Positions 47,356 through 59,208 of a stretch of DNA of 64,000 nt are shown in pieces. Below the pieces are notes generated by a model, which did no database searches, was not told the DNA's origin, and saw only the letters and a list, made by a program, of their open reading frames with translations. The position numbers and the translations under genes were made by a program. Every line of letters begins with the position of its first letter. Positions within the stretch are counted from its first letter, which is position 1. The stretch is from assembly GCF_000143415.4 (NCBI RefSeq), contig NW_003314451.1, positions 27,472 through 91,471 on the forward strand. Direction: 5' to 3'. Source of the DNA: Selaginella moellendorffii (Eukaryota; Plantae; Lycopodiophyta).

Positions 47356-47760
47356 TCAAGCAAAGTTAGTAGAACCAGCAAAAGGAGCAGCAAGCCTGGA
47401 CAACAATCCGCTGTTGGCAGCATCACTGTTGCTGCTGGAAGACAATGATGATCCTTGGTTACTACACGAGCTCAAATTCTTGGTGGAAACGTTCCTTGGC
47501 ACGTCGACAGTGAGGCACAGATCTACATTCCCACGAAGATCCAAGTTCTCGCCTAAGATGAAATCTCTTTGGAAAGGCACTGGCCCGGAGAGAAGATTGT
47601 TGCTGAGATTGAGATGATAGATGTTGGAGAGCATACCGCAGAAAGCTCAAATCCTCACGAGCTCCGGCGATCACACTTGCATCTTGTAGGACGTGGAGGC
47701 ACAGAAACACCTAGCGCAGTTTGGTTCTGAGTCGTCCTCGGGTACACGTCTGATGTCATG
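47356..47760 (-). pseudogene. 3' fragment of an LRR receptor-like protein (PII-2/TMM-like C-terminus)
   Basis: LNLSNNLLSGPVPF...LDLRGNVDLCL; no 5' part. Confidence 0.7.
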
Positions 47761-47766
47761 AGGTGA

Positions 47767-48452
47767 GACTGACTACGAGAGATGCTTTCTACCAGATTCA
47801 AGCACACGAGTTTGTGGCAAACCGCAAATCATTCGAACTAGATGGCGTCAAGAACTCCTGCAACTGAGCACACGCTCGTCCTCATCGACATCTGTGGCTG
47901 CGACATGGAAGAGTCAAAGGACGAGACTGAGAGCTCTTTCAACGAAGGCGAAGCCCGCATTGCTATTGCTCACGCCCAAAAACTCGTGGAAAGTGGAGTT
48001 AAGGCTATTGACATCGGAATAGTCACACCGTATGCGGCCCAGGTATCTATATATTGTTTCAGGGTTTGTGTTGTCTCTAAGTTTCACGCAATGCAGGTGA
48101 ATGTTCTGAGGCGCATGAGAAATGAGGAACAGCGTTTACTGGAAGTGGAAATCAGCACTATTGACGGTTTTCAAGGCCGGGAGAAGGAAGCAATGATAAT
48201 TTCCATGGTTCGCTCCAACGATAAAAAGGAGGTGTGGTTTTCTTGTTGAGGTAGCAGTGAGACTAAAAGCTTTTGCTTTAGGTTGGGTTCTTGAGTGACA
48301 AGCGGAGGATGAACGTTGCAGTTACAAGAGCAAAAAGGCAATGCTGTGTCATATGTGATTCGGACACTGTGGGAAAAGATTCATTTCTCAAGCGGCTTTT
48401 GGATTATTTTGAGAAGCATGGAGAATATTGTTATGGTCTTTATTATCAATGA
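47767..48452 (+). pseudogene. Duplicated 3' exons of the IGHMBP2 gene
   Basis: Near-identical to ~43235-43921 including introns, with frameshifts and no 5' part. Confidence 0.93.
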
Positions 48453-49859
48453 CTTAATTGCGGTTTCTCTGCTAATGTTTGAGACACATTGCCACGATCA
48501 ATCTCATTGTTTCACTTGCGCTTACGGATCTATTTCAAGCTCTTGATCCTTGACCAGACGTGTCTCTACCTTTCTTTTATCAAATGATATTTGGATTAAA
48601 AGCTTTGGTTGTGAAACATTTTCCCACCTCTGGTTCTTACACCTGTGGAATAAAGTACCACCTGCTTTTAGTGCAGCAGTAGTTCCACAGGTGATCATTC
48701 TGACCTTGACATGTTCCAACGAGTAAGCATTCGTGCAGCCTTCTCCCCTCTATCACAAACCCGCTGCTGCAATCCTCTGGTTCATAATCGGGAGCCTCTG
48801 ACAAAGTACCATCTCTACTGCAAGGAGGTGAACCCGGTAGTGATCTTCGGACCGGACGTCTACGATAAGACGACGTCTCGACCTGGAACCAGCATACCAG
48901 GTACCACACAGGAAGTCACCACCTCCTGATCGATCTCGGACACGTGAACAAACGAAAATTCCACACCACCTCTCGCTTTGCGCAATCTGCATGAAGGAAA
49001 CAGAGACAGTAACACACGTCCTGAAAGCTTGCCCTGCATACACAGAATTCCGCACGCCTGACATCGACTGGAACGCGGAGACACACTCCTTGCAGATAAG
49101 ACTCGCATGGAGCTACGACGCCAAATACATATTTCACATAGGTCTCGAACAGCCACGGAAGAGAAGACGAGCAGACATGGCAAGTGACTCAAAAAAAACA
49201 TATAGATAGATAGATAGATAGATGGAGATCCATGCTGAATTTACCTTCGTAACTCCACTCTGTCATCCAACACGGTTGCTACAAGAAATGAGCATTGATT
49301 TCAGTTCAGCCATCCGCTCAAGGTGGCAAGATTTTTAAAATCCTGGCTATTTTCCTGATCAGATCCTACAGTGAAAGCTCTCACCAGTTCCTCTCGGACA
49401 CTTCTGTTAGTGGCTCAATCTCCCATCTGAGACTTTTGTGTCCAGCGGTGGATTTAAATGTCGAACAATTCGTCTTGCTTCAGTAAGTTCTCACCGAGTT
49501 TGACCACCTTATCAATTCATTAAAGATTTTATAGCTGCGCTATGCAGAAACTCATGGTTTGGATTTTATACCAGGGTCTCCAAGGAGAGTCATGGGTGAT
49601 GCAGCGCACTTTGGACAAGCATGTTGCTGTCCCACTGGGAAAGTCCCAGTGGTGAGCAAATTGAGCAATAGAAAGATTATATTGATAAGACAAACAGTTC
49701 TTGGCCAGTGTTGTGCAGCTGATGTCTAAGTAGATGGAACCAACTCACTCGATACAGCCATGCAATTCTCAAACAAGTTGAAAAATTAGCTGTTGATGGA
49801 TTTGGAATTCAAAGGAGGGGCACAGTAATTTGTGGTTATATGTTTCTTACTTAAAAGGG

Positions 49860-51640
49860 ATAGTCTAAAGTTGAGTAACTTTGCATAAACCAACTCAAGC
49901 CAACAAGTCTTGGTGGGGAAAAAAAAAAGGATATTAGGGAAAGGTGTTCCTTATATCTTCCTCATGCCTCGGCCCTAGTGGTATAGCTTGTCTCTTAGGA
50001 CCTTCTAATGTCACTATCAAATGGTGATATACTTAAAAGTTAGATTAAAGAACAGTTCCAATACCAAATTGTAAGCAATTAATTTTTCATTCTACTTTAA
50101 TCACTTAACCACACCTTTGACCATTTGGAGGAGTCTCACTCACAACTTCCATAAATTTTATTTAGGACTTGGGGATGTACTAGCTTTGTAATATTTTTGG
50201 TCACTACACTAGGGGATTGTTCTTCTTCTTTTCCATAATCTAAGACTTTGGGACAACATTTTGAAACACTGTGGCCCTACATGAATTTTGTATATACTCT
50301 CATCACCTTCTACTTTTAGGTGCCCTAGCCATATGGCTAGAGCGAGGTTTTGATGAACTACACTAAATATCCAAGTAAGTAGTGCCACCCACACTTGGAT
50401 TAGGAACATTAACCATTTGATCTTCTAGGGGAGCTAGAGTTAGTTTTTGAACACTTCGCTAAGCTACCTTGTTTATCTGTCCATATTTACTCTAGCCTTG
50501 AACTCCTTAGTGATTATATTATCACGCAATGCATGGGTATGGCCTTCCTTGGTCACATTGGTCTTTCCTGGCTAAATTCGAATCCTCCCCTTACTATACT
50601 TTTAGAGCTCACCAAACCTTCTATGGTGTGAGAGATGAATGCTTTGGACTTTCACTCTCGAACTTGGACTTGGACTCGAACTTAGACTCGGTCTTGGACT
50701 TAGACTCAAACTCAATCTCGGTCTCAATCTTGGCCTTAGTCTTGGTCTCAGTTTTAACTTCGGACTCTATCTCAAATCTATCTTGGACTCGACTTTGGAC
50801 TCCATTTTGGGTCCATCTAGGATTCCATCTTGGGTCCATCTTGACTCCATCTTGGACTTCTTCTCAAACTCTGTTTCAGACTCCATTTTGAACTCTTTCT
50901 TAAACTCCATCTTGGACTTCTTCTCAAACTCTGTTTCAGACTCCATTTTGAACTCTTTCTTAAACTCCATCTCGGACTCTGTCTTGGGTCCATCTTAAAC
51001 TCTTTCTCAGACTCCATCTCAAACTCTTTTTCAGACCCTATCTCGACACTTCCATGTGTCATGTGTTGGTCTTATTGTGTTTTTTTTCTAGAGACTCACT
51101 TATTGTTTACTTCGTGCTCGTTCCTCGAGCACTTTATTAGGAGTTCCACTCCCACTCTCAACTATCTATGTCAGAGATTTTAGTTTAATGTGTTACACTC
51201 ATTTAGCTTCTGCTTTCGCCACTACTATGTGGCATTCTTTTGGCTCCACTTTGGGGCTTAGGGATTTATATCTCACAATAGTCTAAAGTTTCTTATGGAC
51301 ACCTCTTCTTTATTAAAGGTTTCTCTTGAGAGTATGACCTTTTTATTTGAGGTTGTATTCATACCAAACTTAGGCTAGATACACACTATTTTCTCTTAAA
51401 GTTGATAATCTTCTTTTATTGCCAAGCATTTGGCATTGTAAAGGAGTTTTCACTCAATTCATTGGCCAGCTTTGGTGGCAATATGTCCACCCTCCTATAT
51501 TCTCTTGTTTACTAACATGTGGACACTTTTGGGCTTCTATATATACCATAGATGCTTCAACTCACAAAGGAGAGTTTTTTGCCTATGCTTTTTGCACTAA
51601 CTATTCATATTCATCTCTTGACTAGATTTCTTGGGAGATC
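49860..51640 (-). mobile_element. Probable highly decayed LTR-retrotransposon gag-region relic
   Basis: An insertion relative to the first cassette copy. It has a low-complexity E/K/S repeat region and a zinc-knuckle-like remnant (KEGH). Evidence is weak. Confidence 0.35.
50660..51050. repeat. Minisatellite of 12-bp subunits (gactccatcttg-like) including an exact 60-bp duplication
   Basis: 50844-50903 is repeated at 50904-50963. Confidence 0.85.
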
Positions 51641-52744
51641 ACTCTATTCAAACCTAAGAATGTCTAACCCAAAATATTCAAATACCTTTAATTGATTGAA
51701 AAAAATGGTGCACTTTTGTTCATAGCCATTTCCCTTTATATTTAAACCCTTATAAATTATTTTTTGAGTTGTTTTTTTTGGTTGTTTACAATCCACTACA
51801 CTTCTTTATAAATTCACACCCTTATGAATGGAAGTTAAGAACTGTAGCTCTCTCTCGAGCCTCATAGTTAGAATAAATTGGACCATCATATTTCAACATA
51901 TAATATTAACCAACTAACAAAGTCAGACCTAAGACCACTCTAATACCAAATATAAAAATTTTGAATTTGAACTTCTCAAAAGTTACTTAATCCAACATTA
52001 TTTAAACTAACACTATCCAAACCAAATGATGTTTAACCCTAAGTATCTTAAGACCTTTAATCAAATCGAAAAAGGGTGCACTATTGTTTATGGGTGTTTT
52101 CTTTTATACTTAGATTCATATGAATTATCTCTTAAGCCATTTTCTTTATTTTCTTACAAATATAAAGAGTATAGATATGATACTATATACTAATATTAGC
52201 ATAATGAGATTTTAATTTTAAATTCAAACCACTCCTTCTTCTCTCTTATATATAATCTATGTTTATTTAGTATGGCTTAACTTGAAAATATCATATTCTA
52301 TATTATATGATAATACTAATAATACCATATTTTCTTACCATTCAATATAAAATAAATCTAAAGTCTATTGTGATTTAGAAGAGCTTATTTTATTATTTAT
52401 GTAATATAATATTTCATTATAAACAAAATAATAATAATTCATATTATATTTAGTTAATTTTTTTATAATGATCATTTTTAAAATGCTAAGAACAAAAATT
52501 ATATATTATATATATATATATATGAAATGTAATACATATTTAAATTTCGAACTATATTTTTATTTTATTATAAATTAGAAGTTATAACATTTAGCTATTT
52601 TTATTGATATTTGTTTTATTTTTATTTTTTGTGTAAGATAATAGTGTAGTCAAATGAAAATCTAAATTTAAAGTCATCTTAGTTTTTTAGTTTTTTATAT
52701 ATAAAAGGTTTTACAACTCTCTGTTTTTCATATTATTTATAGAT

Positions 52745-53611
52745 ATGAAGTATTTTTTTATTTTATTCTTTTTTACATTTTTAATTAACATACAGATAAG
52801 TTTTGCTCCAAAAAAGTTTCCTCCAACATTTGGAAGAATAAATATTTTAAACCAGGATGATATTACAAAAATTATTAAAACTATTCATGGTTTAATCTTT
52901 ACAATTGATCATGCAAAAAATAATTATATTGTTCAAACATTTAGCGAACAAGCTGAAGTGATTACATCACAAGGAATTGTTGATTTAATAATTAAAGCTA
53001 AGCCAAAATGTGATGGTGACGGTACTGAAACTATTAAAGGTATGAATTTAATACTAGGTTTTGAAAGAATTGTGAGTAGTACTGTTGCTATTATTTCTGA
53101 AAAACATTCAGACTTTTTTCAAAAAGAGACTGATAGATTTTCTATACAGTATAAACTTAGAGAAAGGTCTGAACTTTTATTAGAAAAAAGACATGAAAAA
53201 TATCATACTTTATTTTTAGATTGTCGTCTTGAAAGTAGCAATTTATATTCTGGTTTTAAAATCTATAGAGATCAATTTTTAAGATCACCAAATAATAAGA
53301 ATAGTTTGTTATTGGATTCAAGATGTAACCTTATCTTATATTCAAAAAATTTTAAAATTTGGGAATCGGAAACATCAAGAAATACATATAACAATTGCTT
53401 TTTATTATTAATGTTAAACAGTAATTTGGTTTTGTTTTATGGTGAAGAAATTATATGGGATACTAAAAGTTTTTGTAAGGAAAGTCATTGTACTTTGATA
53501 TCAGTTTTTACTATTCAAAATGATTGTAATTTAGTAATTTATAATGCAAAATATCCTAATATTGTTTTATGGTCATCTAAAACTTCACATCATAAGTTTT
53601 GTTATATTTAA
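52745..53611 (+). CDS. Secreted 288-aa unknown-domain plus bulb-lectin protein, copy 2
   Basis: Colinear paralog of 46236-47102 with 30 aa differences and no indels. About 650 bp of upstream sequence is conserved. Confidence 0.85.
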   Translation: MKYFFILFFFTFLINIQISFAPKKFPPTFGRINILNQDDITKIIKTIHGLIFTIDHAKNNYIVQTFSEQAEVITSQGIVDLIIKAKPKCDGDGTETIKGMNLILGFERIVSSTVAIISEKHSDFFQKETDRFSIQYKLRERSELLLEKRHEKYHTLFLDCRLESSNLYSGFKIYRDQFLRSPNNKNSLLLDSRCNLILYSKNFKIWESETSRNTYNNCFLLLMLNSNLVLFYGEEIIWDTKSFCKESHCTLISVFTIQNDCNLVIYNAKYPNIVLWSSKTSHHKFCYI

Positions 53612-53851
53612 GTAAAAAGCCTTATGGTTTGAATATTTACTTATTATATTAAATAAAATTTAGCTAAATAATAATAACCTATCATTTGTGATCTGCTTTG
53701 AAGTAGTGGTGGAGTTGCTATTATTCTTTTAGATGTATGTAAATGTATACTTTTTTCAAATACCTGTTGCTCCTACTAATAATAATATAAAAGTTTCTTA
53801 ATGTTAACTGTTAAAAATATTTGATAGATTAATTTCATATACATATGTTCT

Positions 53852-54035
53852 AATCAAGCAAAGCTAGTAGAAGCACCAACAAAAAGAGCAGCAAGGATCT
53901 CTACTTAGATAACAATCCACTGTTGGCAGCATCACTATTGTTGCTGGAAGACAATAATGATCCTTGGTTACTACACAAGCTCAAATTCTTGGTGGAAACA
54001 TTCCTTGGCACTTTGATAGTGAGGCACAGATATAC
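53852..54035 (-). pseudogene. LRR-RLP fragment, second copy (left part, interrupted by gypsy)
   Basis: Matches 47356-47525. The remainder resumes at 57540-57740. Confidence 0.8.
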
Positions 54036-57000
54036 AACTTTAATGCTGGAGGGCATGTTCTGTGGTGGTCTAATATAGATTTTACTGAATAGTGGGAGCA
54101 ATGACAACTTTGTTTTAACAAAGTTTGTTATGGAGCATGGCTTGGTCAGACGAGGAGTTCTTCCATACATAGTGGAAAGTGCAGCTACCTCTACTTAGCA
54201 TTTCAATACTTGTGTCAAGGGGCTGGAAGTGTTGGTTGGCAAAACCACACTTGTGGAGACTTTTTATTTAACGGATATCCATTGTGTGGATTTCATTCTT
54301 GGGATGTCATAGTTGATGAAGGTGGATCCAAAGATAAAGTGAAGTATTAAACATGTCTCATTGACGTACGGTGGTATTAAAGATGTGTAGTTTCGAGAAG
54401 GAGTTCAACCTTCAGTTGTTATGCTCTCTACTACATCTTTGAAGCGGGCTTGTCGTAATAGAAAAGCACTTTCGAGTTACTTGTTGTTTGTTCATGACTT
54501 GAGGAACTAAGGCATGTGTGGGGGAGAAGCAGCAATATGGGATGTACTTGACGAGTTTTCTGATGTTTTCTATCTAAACTTCCTCATGGGTTGCCTCAAT
54601 TACGAGGTGTGGAGCATGGGATTATGTTGAAGCTGGGGACATAGCCAATTTACTAGCATCCATTTCAGTTAAGTTATGCAGAGAAGCAAAAAGTTCAATA
54701 ACAAGTCAAAGAGTTACTTGAGTTTGGATTTATTCAGCCAAGTAAGTCTCTGTTTGGTGCTCTGGTCTTGCTTGTGAAGAAAGACAGTTCAATGCGGATC
54801 TATATTGACTACCTTGCCTTGAACAAAAAGATAATGAAAGATAAAATGCCGATGCCACATGTGGATGATATCCTAGATAAGCTTAGTGAAGCATAAGTGT
54901 TTACCAAGATTGATCTGAGGAGTGGATATCATCAGATTGCAATGGATGATGCGTCTATCTCCATGATGGCATTCAACACAAGCTTCAAACATTTTGAGTT
55001 TATAGTAATGCCATTTGGTTTAACGAATGCACTAGCCATATTTACTCAGTTGATGACAGAGGTATTTAGGCGTTATTTTCATGAGTTTGTGGAGATTTTT
55101 TTGGACGATATTCTTATTTTCAGCAAGAATATGGAGGAGCATAAGGTGTATTTGAGTAAGGTTCTTTTGTTACTCCATGACAACAAACTTTATATGAAAA
55201 AGACAAAATATGAATTTGCAAAGTTGGAGGTAGAATATCTAAGCCATATTATGACATCTAAAGGTGTCAAGACAAATCCAAGGAAGGTGGTTGTGGTGGA
55301 AAATTGGCCTATACTAACTATAGTGGCCAAGTTACATGGTTTTCTTGGTATGGCTAGTTACTATTGATATTTCTAGCATAAGTTTGTAGAGGTGGCTATT
55401 CCTTTTACACAATTGTTACGCAAGAACGTGTCATTCGAGTGAAAGAAGCCACAAGAGGAGAGTTTTGTGGCGCTGAAATGATTGTTGAGCGAGGCTTCAA
55501 TGCTTCACATTGCTGATCCATTGAAACTTTACGAGGTGACATGTGATACAAGTGGTTATCCACTGGGAGGAGTTTTCATGCAAAAGAGACAGCCTATTGC
55601 ATATGAAAGTCAAACTTTGAATCCTACGGAGCAACATTATTCCACATATGAACAAAAGTTACTCTCTATTGTTCATGCTTTGTGGACATGGCGGCACTAT
55701 CTTTATGGTGCAGTGTTTGTGGTGTTGAAGGATCACAAACCATTTGTGTATCTTTTCATACAAAAGGAGTTGAACACTAGGCAAGCTCATTGGATGGTCA
55801 AACTCATGGAGTTTGGGGAGTTTTCTATTAAGCAAAATTAAATGTGGTGGTAGATGCTTTATTTTATGGTCATCATGTGACGGCATTACAAACACGGTTT
55901 TATCATCATTTGAGTAAAGTGGTCAACAAATTTGGGTAGTTGGTTGAGCATGCTCAAGCTCAGGATGTTGAGATGGCTTCTTTGCAAGACTAGATGAAAA
56001 CCCCTTTCTCATTGGTGGATGGGATTCTTTATTGCAATGGCTGTGTATATTTGCCATAGGTGGATACGTTAATTACTCAAGTTTTATCCCACTATCATGA
56101 TCGTCCAGAAGTCTATCATTTTGGGGGGAAGAAAATGTATGAGTTGATTAAGAGCAATTTTTATTGGAGGAATATGAAGGTTGATATCCTCGAGTATTGT
56201 GAATCATGCAAGCTCTGTCAGTGGGTTAAGGTGCCATAGAAGAAGTCGGGAGGACTTTTGCAACCTTTACCTATTCCTCAGAGCCATTGGTGTAATATCT
56301 CTATAGACTTCATCACTTATTTGTTACAAACACAGAGATAAAAGGAGTAAATATGGGTCATAGTGGATCAATTGACAAAATATGTGCAGTTGTTGGCTCT
56401 TTGGAAGACTGTTACTGTCTCAAACTTGGCTGCAGTTTACTTGGAGAAGGTTTTTCCTGATTTTTGTTTGCCAAAGGACATCATTAGTGATCGAGATTTA
56501 AAGTTCACAAGTGGATTTTGAAAGAGCTTTGTGAAGACTATGTAAGTGACTTTGAAACTCTCAAGTGGAGATCATCCTCAAATGGATGAGTGAACTAAGC
56601 ATATGAATCAGGTGGTGGAGGATATGCTACATTATAGCATTGGTCAAAGGCAAAGATAGTGGGATTTATATCTTCCGTTGGTGCAATTTGCTTATAACAA
56701 TAGCCAACACAGTGGAACCAAGCTAAGTCCTTACTTTGCCATATTTAGAAGGCATCCCTAAGCAATAACAGAGTTGGGATTGCATTTGAGTAAAGACATT
56801 CAAGATAAACTTGATTATGAGATGACTGATTTGGCCACAAAACTTGATGAGATTCTGATGGTGTGCAAACGGAATTTGTAAGCAGCTCATGATAGAGTGG
56901 AAAAGTTTGCTAATGAGTATCGCCAATTTCGGGAATATAAGGTAGGTGATCTCGTCTTTGTGCGAGTGATTTTTTCGTCAAGTGAGCGGCGGAACACCTT

Positions 57001-57521
57001 GGTGCCTTTACGGATAGAGAAGAGTGATAAACTTTCCCATCGATATGCTAGTCCATATGAAGTGTTGGAGCGCATTAGTAAAGCAGTTTATCGGGTGCGG
57101 CTGCTAACTGGGGTGAAAATTCATCTAATATTTATGTTAACCAATTGAAATATGTACTATCTTGGAATGACAAACCCAATACTTCCTTAATGTATATAGC
57201 TATGGAAGATGGATTAAGAGCTTGAGCAGGGTTCCCTAGAAAGGGTGACCACCAGTACAACTTGTCCTTGGGACAAGGATTTTGTTGGGGGGGAAAGAAT
57301 TGCTAGATGCCAATTTTGCACGTGGTCAAAAGGAGGCTCAAAGTTATATTAAGGCATGTTAGGGTAAGGGATTTAATCTACCCTAAAGTTCACACTGGAG
57401 CAAGGGCACAATAAAGTTTTTTAGGTAGCTCAAAGGTGGTTGGGTGGTGAGGAACCTCAAAAAGAGGCATAACATAGTCTAGGAACATTAAATCTTTATC
57501 TTTTTGTGCTGGATCATAACA
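54036..57521 (+). mobile_element. Decayed Ty3/gypsy LTR retrotransposon (protease-RT-RNaseH-integrase, PPT, putative 3' LTR ~57301-57521)
   Basis: FTKIDLRSGYHQI, MPFGLTNA, FLDDILIFS, RNaseH CDTSGY..GGV, integrase remnants and a GPY-like YASPYEV. PPT ggggggaaagaat followed by TG...CA. Many stop codons. Confidence 0.92.
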
Positions 57522-57744
57522 CTTGCCCAGGCTGTAGAGGAAATCTCTTTGGAAAGGCACTTACCCAAAGAGAAGATTGTTGCCAAGATTGAGATGAGAG
57601 ATGTTGGAGAGCGCACTGCAGAAAGCTTAAATCCTCACAAGCTCTGGCGATCACACTTGCATCTTGTGGGACGTGGAGGCACAGAAACACCTCGTGCAGT
57701 TTGGTTTTGAGTCGTCCTCGGGCACACATCTGATATCATGAGGT

Positions 57745-58411
57745 GAGACTGACTACGAGAGATGCTTTTTACCAGATTCAAGCACACGAGTTTGTGGCAA
57801 ACTGCAAATTATTCGAACTAGATGGCATCAAGAAAACTCCTGCAACAAAGCACACGCTCATCCTCATCGACATCTGTGGCTGCGACATGGAAGAGTCAAA
57901 GGACGAGACTGAGAGCTCTTTCAACAAAGGTGAAGCCTGCATTGCTATTGCTCACGCCCAAAAACTCGTGGAAAGTGGAGTTAAGGCTATTGACATCGGA
58001 ATAGTCACACCGTATGCGGCCCAGGTATCTATATATTGTTTCAGGGTTTGTGTTGTCTCTAAGTTTCATGCAATGCAGGTGAATGTTATGAGACGCATGA
58101 GAAATGAGGAACAACGTTTACTGGAAGTGGAAATCAGCACTATTGATGGTTTTCAAGGCTGGGAGAAGGAAGCAATGATAATTTCCATGGTTCGCTCCAA
58201 CAATAAAAAGGAGGTGTGATTTTCTTGTTGAGGTAGCAGTGAGACTAAATGCTTTTGCTTTGAGTGACAAGCAGAGGATGAACGTTGCAGTTACGAGAGC
58301 AAAAAGACAATGCTGTGTCATATGTGATTTGGACACTGTGGGAAAAGATCCATTTCTCAAGCGGCTTTTGGATTATTTTGAGAATATTGTTATGGTCTTT
58401 ATTATCAATGA
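57745..58411 (+). pseudogene. Third copy of the IGHMBP2 3' exons, more decayed
   Basis: DGFQGWEKE, loss of the last splice acceptor and small deletions. Confidence 0.92.
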
Positions 58412-59208
58412 CTTAATTGTGGTAAGCTCCTCGTTTCTCGTTTGAGACACATTGCCACGATCAATCTCATTGTTGCACTTGTGCTTAGGGATCTATTTCA
58501 AGCTCTTGATCCTTGACCAGACGTGTTCTCTACCTTTCTTTTATCTATGATATTTGGATTAAAAGCTTTGAAACATTTTAAGTTTGGTGTTTCTATTACC
58601 ACCTGCTTTCTAGTGCACCAGTAGTTCCACATCACATGCTCCAACTAGTGAGCATTCGTGCAGCCTTCCCCTCTATCACAAACCCGCTGCTGCAACCCTC
58701 TGATTCATAATCGGGAGCATCTGACAAAGTACCATCTCTAGGAGGTGAACCCGGAAGTGATGTCTACAATACGCTCTCGACCTCATACCATCACCAGGTC
58801 GGACGACAATTCCACATCACCTCCGGCTCTGCCATGAAGGAAACAGAGACAGTAACACACCTCCTGAAAGCTTGCCCTGCACACACAGAATTCCGCACAC
58901 CCACGTAGCTCCATGCAAGTGATGTATTTGACGAGAGTTGCTGCTGTGTCCTTATTTGCAAGGAGTGTGGGTGTCTCCGCGTTCCAGTCGATGTACGCCA
59001 AATACATATTTCACATGCAATGCAGGCAATCGTAATGCGAGATCTCGAACAAGAGAAGACGAGCAGATAGGGCAAATGAGCCGAGCAAAACAACAACGAA
59101 GACAGCACGAATAAATCCAAATTGCATTTTTGCATCCATCAGTCTCGATGGGCACCGCAATACTCTCAAAAACAGCATATAGACACTGCTTTTTTCTTGA
59201 GTTGGAGC

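Noticed and set aside
50660-51050. CRISPR-like or repeat-protein interpretation of the periodic sequence
   Set aside because: No unique spacers and a eukaryotic context; it is a simple minisatellite.
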